DNA of 60,170 nt, from positions 1 through 60,170 of the forward strand of contig JAHIVP010000024.1 of assembly GCA_018816335.1 (NCBI GenBank), read 5' to 3'. This DNA is from Nanobdellota archaeon (GTDB lineage Archaea > Nanobdellota > Nanobdellia > Pacearchaeales > GW2011-AR1). Shown here piece after piece: positions 53,209 to 59,898 of this stretch (its first letter is position 1; each line of letters opens with the position of its first letter). The position numbers and the translations under genes are program-made. The notes beneath the pieces were generated by a model that saw nothing but the letters and a program-made list of their open reading frames with translations, was not told the DNA's origin and ran no database searches.

Positions 53209-53913
53209 ATGAATTATCGAATTATTAAAACAAAACAAAAGAAGAAAAGTTCTGCTTTTAGATTTTTTAAAAATCTTTCAGCGACAAATTGGATTATTTT
53301 AGTTAATGTTTTAGTTTATATTTCAATTCTTATTTTGATTGTTAATGAAGTTAATTTTGTGGATTATTTTGCTTTAAAACCAGCTGATATTTTGCAAGGA
53401 AAATATTTATGGACTTTGATAAGTCATATGTTTACACATGTTATGTTTCTTCATTTGTTTGTTAATATGTTGTCATTGTTTTTTATTGGAAATTTTATTG
53501 AAAAGATAATTGGGAAGAAAAGATTTATTCCGTTTTATTTAATTGCTGGGCTTATTGCTGGTTTGGCTTCTGTTTTTTTATCAGCTTTGATTGGTGATTC
53601 TTCTTTTTTTGGAACTAGTTTAAGTATGCCTTCTGTTGGTGCTTCAGGAGCTTTGTTTGCTGTTGCTGGTTTAATGATGTTATTGATCCCTGATTTGCCA
53701 CTTTATGTTATGTTTATTCCTATTCCTATTAAGGCTAAGTTTGCTATTCCTGGAATTTTAATTTTCTTTGCTGTGTTATCTGCTTTTTCAGGATTGCCAG
53801 TTGGAAATACTGCTCATTTCGGAGGGTTGATTGTTGGATTAATATACGGAATATATTTAAGGAAGAAATATAGTAATAAAGTAAGGATGTTAAATAAGAT
53901 ATTTATACATTAG
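53209..53913 (+). CDS. rhomboid-family intramembrane serine protease
   Basis: HMFTHVMFLHLFVNM, catalytic GASGALFAV and a later HFGGL, with six TM segments. Confidence 0.85.
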   Translation: MNYRIIKTKQKKKSSAFRFFKNLSATNWIILVNVLVYISILILIVNEVNFVDYFALKPADILQGKYLWTLISHMFTHVMFLHLFVNMLSLFFIGNFIEKIIGKKRFIPFYLIAGLIAGLASVFLSALIGDSSFFGTSLSMPSVGASGALFAVAGLMMLLIPDLPLYVMFIPIPIKAKFAIPGILIFFAVLSAFSGLPVGNTAHFGGLIVGLIYGIYLRKKYSNKVRMLNKIFIH

Positions 53914-53924
53914 GTTAATAAAAG

Positions 53925-54494
53925 ATGGGGATAAAAGAAGAGTATAGGCAGACATGGAAATTTATGAAAGAGTCTAAGATTTATTTTTTAGTTATAGTTT
54001 TGTTGTTTTTTGGGACTGCTATTATTGGGTTTTTGTTTCCTGTTTTTTTTGTTGATACAATTATGGATTTATTGAGAGATATATTTAGTCAGATAGAAGG
54101 AATGAGTGGAGTTGGGTTGACATTGTTTATTATATTAAATAATATTATGACTTCTTTGATGGGAATGGTGTTGGGAATTTTATTAGGAATTATCCCAATT
54201 GCTCTTACTATTTTGAATGGTTATGTTTTAGGGTTTGTTTCAAATATGGCTGTTAATGAAAGCGGGTTTGGAGCATTGTTAAATTTAGTTCCTCATGGAA
54301 TATTTGAGTTGCCTGCTTTGTTTATTGCTTTGGGTGTTGGGTTGAAAATTGGGTTGAGTTTGTTTTATAAAAATCCTGGAGATACTTTGAAATATAATAT
54401 TATAAATTCTTTTAAGGTGTTTGTTTTAATTGTTATTCCTTTGTTGGTGGTGGCTGGGGTTATTGAGGGGTTGTTGATTGTTTTTTTTAGTTAG
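53925..54494 (+). CDS. SpoIIM-like (DUF95-type) membrane protein
   Basis: Topology and the motifs ..NN....L.....G......NG...G..... and PHGIFELPA are typical of the stage II sporulation protein M family. Confidence 0.6.
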   Translation: MGIKEEYRQTWKFMKESKIYFLVIVLLFFGTAIIGFLFPVFFVDTIMDLLRDIFSQIEGMSGVGLTLFIILNNIMTSLMGMVLGILLGIIPIALTILNGYVLGFVSNMAVNESGFGALLNLVPHGIFELPALFIALGVGLKIGLSLFYKNPGDTLKYNIINSFKVFVLIVIPLLVVAGVIEGLLIVFFS

Positions 54495-54550
54495 GTGGGA
54501 TGGGGGTTGGAGTTTTACTATTTAATCTTGATGAAAATTTATGGGGAAAG

Positions 54551-54560
54551 TTTTTATATT
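54551..54560 (+). promoter_or_regulatory. TATA-box-like element upstream of orphan O
   Basis: tttttatatt lies 20-29 nt upstream of the ATG at 54580. Confidence 0.4.
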
Positions 54561-54579
54561 TTATATTCTTTAGTTAAGA

Positions 54580-55584
54580 ATGGATGCTTTGGAAGAGTTA
54601 AGAAAACAAGAAGAGGAGAGTGCTACTGGCGCGAGAAACCAATTTTTTTATAGAGCTGTTGGAGAAGCTAGAAATCCTGAATTAGCTATGGCTCTGTTAG
54701 GTGCTATTTGTCGTAGTGGAGATGGGGGGATGATGCAGTCTTTAGCAGAAGGGCTTGGTGTTGAGAGAGCAGAAGTTGAAAGAACTGCGGCACATTTAGC
54801 AGAAAGGGGGTTGGTTTATGTAAGTAGACATGAGTCTAAATCAATATCTTTGAGAGATCTTGGATTTATTAGTTCTGTTGCACGTCGTGAGGGAGTTAGA
54901 CATCCTGAATGGGATTCAATTTTTATTCCTCGAGAAATAAGCGAAGATTTGGATAATTTTTTAGTTTCTGATTTAGGCTATGGGCCTATTCATGTTTTTG
55001 ATCTTAAGGAATTACCAATGGAAAAGGCAAGGACTTTAATGAAAGGGGTTGAAGATTTGGTTAGGTTTTATTATACAAAAAGCTTTCAGTTTCCTTTGGA
55101 ACCTTTGGAAGCTCTGAGAGAAAGAACTAAGGAAGAGATAGAAGCAATCAGAAGAGTTGAAAGAGATTTTATCCATAGAAATTTAGGGGTTCCAGCTAAT
55201 TATGATTCTGGAGAATTAACTTTTGTTTATAATCATGATGCAACTAATGTAGAAGGCTATTCTAGAAGTCATTTTGATTTTTCAGGAAAATTTCCTAGCG
55301 TTGATGATGCATTTAAGGTCGGATTTGATTCTGCTAATGGCTATCCTGTATCTGGAGTTAAATGGGTTCCTCGTTTTTTTAAAGAAGAAGTAGATACCTA
55401 TTGTCCTGGAGTTGAAGTTAGGAAAATAACAACTGACGGAAGTGAGACTTATGGATTTAGGTTAGAAATTAATCGATGGCAATATGCTCATCAGATTCAG
55501 CCACTAATTGTTCAGAGAGATGTTAAAAAAACAATGGACACTTTAGTTGAAAGAGTTGGAAAGATAGTTGAAGTTTTAGATTAA
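54580..55584 (+). CDS. Lys-poor orphan protein O with a probable N-terminal winged-helix domain
   Basis: 334-aa ORF. ..MQSLAEGLGVERAEVERTAAHLAERGLVYVS.. looks MarR/wHTH-like. The rest is unrecognised. The stop overlaps the stop of the convergent gene. Confidence 0.7.
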   Translation: MDALEELRKQEEESATGARNQFFYRAVGEARNPELAMALLGAICRSGDGGMMQSLAEGLGVERAEVERTAAHLAERGLVYVSRHESKSISLRDLGFISSVARREGVRHPEWDSIFIPREISEDLDNFLVSDLGYGPIHVFDLKELPMEKARTLMKGVEDLVRFYYTKSFQFPLEPLEALRERTKEEIEAIRRVERDFIHRNLGVPANYDSGELTFVYNHDATNVEGYSRSHFDFSGKFPSVDDAFKVGFDSANGYPVSGVKWVPRFFKEEVDTYCPGVEVRKITTDGSETYGFRLEINRWQYAHQIQPLIVQRDVKKTMDTLVERVGKIVEVLD

Positions 55585-56828
55585 AAAAACTGAGTTAACC
55601 TAGATTGTTTACCAAATTCTTTTAATAAACTACTTTGAGATGTGAATAAATTTATAGGAAGTTTTAATTTTTTTTGTGCGGTTTGTAATGTTTCATTTAG
55701 TGTTGAAAATTTTTCTGGTTTTTTTGTGAAAGCATGGCGAGTTGCTTCTCTTAAGATTCCTATTCCGCAAGGAGCATAGTATTCTGGACGACATTCACGG
55801 AGAACTAAACATGATGCTTGTCTTTTTATCTTGATTAGAAATTCTGTGAGTGCTAATCTGTTGGCATAGTAAGCTCCTGTTACATTATCTGCGTATTTTT
55901 TTCTTCCTCTAAATGATTCATAATCTTTTGAAATATATATTTTTGAATTTGTATCTGGGTTCCATAAAGTTCCTGGAATTTCAGCTTCCATAACTTCAAA
56001 TGAGAATTTATCTGGGAGTAGAATTATTTCATAATGGTTCCCGAGATAGTAAGAAGTGAATAAATAGAATTCTGATATTTCTGAGAAGTATTTAATCTTG
56101 CTTAGTAGCTGTTTTGATAGTGTGTCATCTGTTGCTGTGATTGCCCATCTTGTTGGAACTAATTTTCTGTTTTTTGCTATTCCTAAAAGGCCTGCTGATA
56201 GAATTTTTATTATGTTTGAGGTTGGTATTTTTGATTTGTATAATTCTTTCATTGCTGTTACTGATTTTACATCGTAATCATTTGTTAAGTAGTCAACTTT
56301 TTTATGGACTTTTGGATTTTCTTGAAGGCGGGCTTTTAGGAGGGGGGCAGGGTTTCCTATGATTGGCATTTCGCTTGTTAGGTATATATTTTGATTTGGA
56401 AGTTTTTTTAGAAATATTTCTGTGTCTACTGGTTTGTATGCCATTGAAATTTCTTGCATTATTTGAAGTGGTCTTGGTATTTTTGAATTTAGTTTTGGTA
56501 AATTATTTCTTACTGATTTGATTGAGCTTTTGAATCTTCCATAAATTAATTTTCCTCTTGAGTTTAATATTTGTTCAATTGAAAATTTGTTTGAATGCCA
56601 TTGTTCTGGCATGCTTAGGGTTTCAGCTTCATCTGTGTGTTCTTGAGGAGCTAAGATTCCTGTGTTTACTTGAGGATAGTTGAATCTTCCTACAAATATT
56701 TCTGGAGGAGAGTTTCCTGAGAAATGAAGTTTTGGTTTTGGCATTGATGCTTTAAACTTGTTTATTATTGGACATGGTTTTCCACATAATCCTTTTCCTT
56801 TACACTTGATGCAGAGGTCTATGTTCAT
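55581..56828 (-). CDS. Nre-family (archaeal DNA-repair-associated) protein
   Basis: The N-terminal Cys cluster MNIDLCIKCKGKGLCGKPCP and ~415-aa length match my memory of archaeal NreA/NreB-type proteins. Confidence 0.55.
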   Translation of the reverse strand: MNIDLCIKCKGKGLCGKPCPIINKFKASMPKPKLHFSGNSPPEIFVGRFNYPQVNTGILAPQEHTDEAETLSMPEQWHSNKFSIEQILNSRGKLIYGRFKSSIKSVRNNLPKLNSKIPRPLQIMQEISMAYKPVDTEIFLKKLPNQNIYLTSEMPIIGNPAPLLKARLQENPKVHKKVDYLTNDYDVKSVTAMKELYKSKIPTSNIIKILSAGLLGIAKNRKLVPTRWAITATDDTLSKQLLSKIKYFSEISEFYLFTSYYLGNHYEIILLPDKFSFEVMEAEIPGTLWNPDTNSKIYISKDYESFRGRKKYADNVTGAYYANRLALTEFLIKIKRQASCLVLRECRPEYYAPCGIGILREATRHAFTKKPEKFSTLNETLQTAQKKLKLPINLFTSQSSLLKEFGKQSRLTQFF

Positions 56829-56871
56829 TTTTCTTTTTTTGAAATTTGTGCTTTATTATTAACTCTCTCCC

Positions 56872-56933
56872 AAAATTTTAATACCTTACACAATACCCCT
56901 CCCTCCCTCCCTATTAAATAAAGTATTAAAATT
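56872..56933 (+). repeat. PAL-C palindrome
   Basis: aaattttaatac...-CCCCTCCCTCCCTCCCT-...gtattaaaattt with 12-bp outer arms, upstream of the Nre-like gene start. Confidence 0.8.
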
Positions 56934-57032
56934 TAAATCTCCTATAATTTATGGTATAAAAATTAAATTATTAAGATAAATCTTTAGAAGTATATATTGA
57001 TTTGTATAATATTATATAAACTTTGAAAGTTT

Positions 57033-57551
57033 ATGTTAGTTGTGGGACATGTGAATATTGAGATTAAGGCAAAGTGTGAGAATCATGAGAAGATAAGGGT
57101 GATTTTGAAAGGGAGGGGGGCAGAGTTTAAAGGAGAGGATCATCAGATAGATACTTATTTTAAAGTTGGAAATGGGAGACTGAAACTTCGGGAGGGGAAT
57201 ATAGAGAATTATTTAATTTTTTATGAGAGAGAGGATAAAGAAGGACCAAAGCAGTCTGATGTTATTTTGTTTAAAACTTCGCCTAATTCTGAGATAAAAG
57301 AAATTTTGAAAAAGAGTGTTGGTGTTTTGGTTGTAGTTGATAAGAAGAGGGAAATTTATTTTATTGATAATGTGAAGTTTCATATTGATATTGTTGAGGG
57401 GTTGGGGAGTTTTATTGAGATAGAGGCTATTGACAAAGAAGGAAATATCGGGAAAGATAAGTTGTTGGAACAATGTAATAGTTATCTTGAGATGTTTAAT
57501 ATTCCTAAAGAGAATTTAATTACTAATTCTTATAGTGATTTGATTATATAG
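57033..57551 (+). CDS. CYTH-domain protein (class IV adenylyl cyclase / CyaB-like)
   Basis: NIEIKAK (ExK), ..DTYF......LKLRE.., and FHIDIVEGLGSFIEIEA. Confidence 0.75.
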   Translation: MLVVGHVNIEIKAKCENHEKIRVILKGRGAEFKGEDHQIDTYFKVGNGRLKLREGNIENYLIFYEREDKEGPKQSDVILFKTSPNSEIKEILKKSVGVLVVVDKKREIYFIDNVKFHIDIVEGLGSFIEIEAIDKEGNIGKDKLLEQCNSYLEMFNIPKENLITNSYSDLII

Positions 57552-57605
57552 AATACTGTCAACTTAAAGTATTATGCTTCTAAAAAATTAATAATATCTT
57601 ATGAT

Positions 57606-57707
57606 AAACCCTCCCAACTCCCGACCCCACTCGTTGATCGTTTTTTATCGCTGGTGACTGCAAGTCTCGTACCTGCTCGACACTGACCTGAAATCGCTCG
57701 CCCTCCC
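57606..57707 (-). repeat. GC-rich element GCE-4 (long form)
   Basis: Nearly identical to 1755-1854, with only a few substitutions by eye. Flanked by AT-rich partial inverted repeats. Confidence 0.85.
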
Positions 57708-57810
57708 TTTTCTAGGGTTGTTAATAAGAAGATATTTTCTAAAATATATAATAAATCAATATACTAAATTCAAAATAAGAAAATCTAATTTTTGTTAAGA
57801 TTAGGTAGGT

Positions 57811-57996
57811 TTATCCTTTTAGATCAGAGATTCCAAGTAATAAGAATAGTAATCCTATCATGATTACAAACCACACAATTCCACCTTTAAGGAATTCTAG
57901 TGCTGCTTCTCCAAATCCGTAGTAGTTAAGTCCCCAGACCCAAACTGCTCCGAGTATTAGGATTAAACCTATTAAAATTTCAGCCCATTTATTCAT
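57811..57996 (-). CDS. small two-helix membrane protein
   Basis: 61 aa with two hydrophobic helices (ILIGLILILGAVWVW; VWFVIMIGLLFLLLGI). Confidence 0.45.
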   Translation of the reverse strand: MNKWAEILIGLILILGAVWVWGLNYYGFGEAALEFLKGGIVWFVIMIGLLFLLLGISDLKG

Positions 57997-58047
57997 CTTA
58001 TTATTTTGACAATTTTAGGATATATAAACATTATTGTTGTTGATTTT

Positions 58048-58993
58048 TTGTGCACGCAGGTGACATATGTCACCCCCTAAAATAATTTAGCAAAATCAAA
58101 GTAAACCTGAGCAGGAGTTTTATTACTAAGGCTCTTATGTCCTCTGAAATGATTATATCTCATCCTAAATTCATTAATATCTTTACAGAAAGATAATTCT
58201 CTTTTAATTGTCTGAAATAATCTCTCTACCTTTCCACAAGTGGTTGGACTATGAACAGCACTACGAATATGCTTTATCCCTCTACGCCTGCACCATCTAT
58301 CGAACTTTGAATGTTTACTCTTTGATCCATAAGCAGATCCATTATCTGATAATATTTGTTTAGGTTTACCATGAATTTTTATTAGATCATCTAAGATTTT
58401 AGTCACAACTCTTGTTGTGACTCTATTAACTGCTAATAATCCAATACTATAACGAGAACAATCATCAACCACAGATATTAACCATTTATCTTTAACCTTT
58501 TGATCGCTGTGGTCTATTTGCCATAATGAGTTAGGATGTTTTCTTTCAAATCTGATATAATTATTTCTCTTCTTCTTTCTTTTAGATGGACTTGTAAGAT
58601 TATGTTTATTTAGAATTTTGTTTACAGACCAATGACTTACATTAACATAATCTTGAATTCTCTCTTGTCCCCATCCTGTTTTTTGTCTAATTTTAACGAT
58701 TTTGTTTTCTATTTCAGAAGTTATTTTTGAGTATGTTGTCTTCGGTGCTCTAGATTTATCACTTAAATCCCAATTGTCTTCATTTAACTTTTTGCTCCAA
58801 CGATATAACGTTCTTAATGTTACTTCGTAATCAAACTTTGCTTTGAGTATCCTCTTACATTGATTGTAAGAATGATGTTTTATTCTTAGTTTAAAGAACT
58901 CTTTTCTTATTTCTTCTTTTTTCATTAGATTCGCAAGTTATCACTTGCGAACTAATTTTCGGTTAGCTACTGACATATGTCAGTTGCTTCTAC
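58048..58993 (-). mobile_element. insertion sequence (~0.95 kb) encoding an rve-type DDE transposase
   Basis: Bounded by the 16-bp direct repeat attgttgttgattttt (58032-58047 and 58994-59009). Both ends carry the palindromic core TGACATATGTCA (58060-58071 and 58971-58982). Confidence 0.75.
58077..58925 (-). CDS. DDE transposase, integrase-core (rve) type, IS481/IS3-superfamily-like
   Basis: N-terminal HTH region, then LWQIDHSD (D), ILSDNGSAY (D) and GKVERLFQT (E) with typical spacing. Confidence 0.8.
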   Translation of the reverse strand: MKKEEIRKEFFKLRIKHHSYNQCKRILKAKFDYEVTLRTLYRWSKKLNEDNWDLSDKSRAPKTTYSKITSEIENKIVKIRQKTGWGQERIQDYVNVSHWSVNKILNKHNLTSPSKRKKKRNNYIRFERKHPNSLWQIDHSDQKVKDKWLISVVDDCSRYSIGLLAVNRVTTRVVTKILDDLIKIHGKPKQILSDNGSAYGSKSKHSKFDRWCRRRGIKHIRSAVHSPTTCGKVERLFQTIKRELSFCKDINEFRMRYNHFRGHKSLSNKTPAQVYFDFAKLF

Positions 58994-59083
58994 ATTGTTG
59001 TTGATTTTTATGTTCTTTTGATAATATAATAATAGTTATTATAATATAATAATGTTTATAAATTGTAGATATTTGGTTTATTT

Positions 59084-59308
59084 ATGAAATGTAATGAAAG
59101 ATCCGATTTAAGAGATTCTTTGCCGGTAAGAAATGTTTTGCAGAGAGGCGAGTTAAAGAGAGTAGCAAGTTATTTTGTTGGTTATGTGCGTGCATTCAAA
59201 CGTGCTGTATCAGAGGAATTAAATTATTTGAGACATAAATGGGATCAGCCTATGAGATTTCCTTTACAACCTGGATTTTTTGATGATTATGATTTTAGTG
59301 TGGATTAA
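59084..59308 (+). CDS. Lys-poor orphan protein P (74 aa)
   Basis: ATG ORF right next to the IS, rich in Arg/Val/Phe/Asp. Short, so uncertain. Confidence 0.4.
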   Translation: MKCNERSDLRDSLPVRNVLQRGELKRVASYFVGYVRAFKRAVSEELNYLRHKWDQPMRFPLQPGFFDDYDFSVD

Positions 59309-59527
59309 TGTTATGTTCTGTTTTTATGTTGAGGAAGGAGAATAATTAAGTAATCTACTGAAATAATTAAACAGGTTAGGAAAAGAATCTGTTTTGTTAT
59401 TAAATCAAATTTTCTGTTAAAATAGATAATAGAGTTGCTATTACAATCACAGCTATAAAATTTATTAAGGGATTTTTAGTTAGATAACTCCTATTAGTCT
59501 TAGAAGAATAAATTTTTTTGATAATTT

Positions 59528-59656
59528 GGTTCTGTTGAAAAAGTTCTAGAATTTTAATTTTTTTGGATTAGCCCCCCACTCAACCCTGAAACTCCTTTGG
59601 AGTTTTAATATTAATTAATTTCAAAAACCTTTCAAAAAAATATTTTCAACAGAGCC
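59528..59656 (+). repeat. large palindrome enclosing a PAL-C-like C-tract
   Basis: Arms ggttctgttgaaaa / ttttcaacagagcc match 13 of 14. The interior holds gccccccactcaaccct and the hairpin aaactcc-tttg-gagtttt. Confidence 0.65.
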
Positions 59657-59685
59657 TGATAACTTCAATCCTTTTTGAAATTGCA

Positions 59686-59752
59686 CTTCAAAATCTCCCC
59701 CTCCTAGCTACAAACTTCCCATAGGTTCAAAGGATTTTGAAGTCTTCACTGG
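59686..59752 (+). repeat. palindrome with a C-tract loop
   Basis: Perfect 10-bp arms cttcaaaatc / gattttgaag around tccccctcctagctacaaacttccc... Confidence 0.65.
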
Positions 59753-59789
59753 CTTTAAATAGTATTTATTTTTAGTTAGTTTAAGATAA

Positions 59790-59841
59790 CTCAAACTCTT
59801 AAGACTGCACCTACGCGCAGAATTAATTGAGCGAGTTTGAG
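59790..59841 (+). repeat. PAL-K palindrome (intergenic copy)
   Basis: ctcaaactc-ttaaga-CTGCACCTACGCGCAG-aattaattgagc-gagtttgag, with 9-bp outer arms. Confidence 0.8.
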
Positions 59842-59898
59842 ACAACGAAAATTTCAAAGAAATTTTCGAGCATTTAAACTCTTACGAGTTCAAATAAA

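Noticed and set aside
450-57473. Many tracked ORFs of 60-140 aa lie antisense to, or out of frame within, strongly supported genes. Examples: 450..653, 1015..1257, 2310..2654, 2502..2687, 2548..2790, 2916..3116, 3303..3503, 4618..4839, 4760..4951, 5349..5546, 6178..6372, 7127..7339, 7441..7860, 8795..9109, 9350..9613, 10577..10834, 12262..12546, 12688..13050, 15541..15786, 16289..16486, 17266..17511, 20825..21013, 22911..23186, 23462..23704, 24055..24253, 27008..27190, 27394..27627, 27863..28075, 28959..29288, 32291..32572, 33241..33486, 35949..36146, 36235..36426, 39829..40193, 40438..40647, 41806..41988, 42259..42444, 43963..44187, 44821..45087, 45385..45570, 46670..46855, 47734..47919, 49397..49782, 49898..50113, 50597..50883, 51679..52186, 52758..53051, 56141..56362, 57213..57473.
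   Set aside because: Their translations are low-complexity (runs of F/L/I/S). They overlap genes with clear conserved motifs and have no independent start context. They are typical shadow ORFs of an AT-rich genome.
57650-57700. Hammerhead-ribozyme-like motif in the long GCE copies (CTGGTGA ... GAAA on the + strand)
   Set aside because: The core requires CUGANGA, but here the fourth position is G (CUGGUGA). I also could not draw the three required helices.
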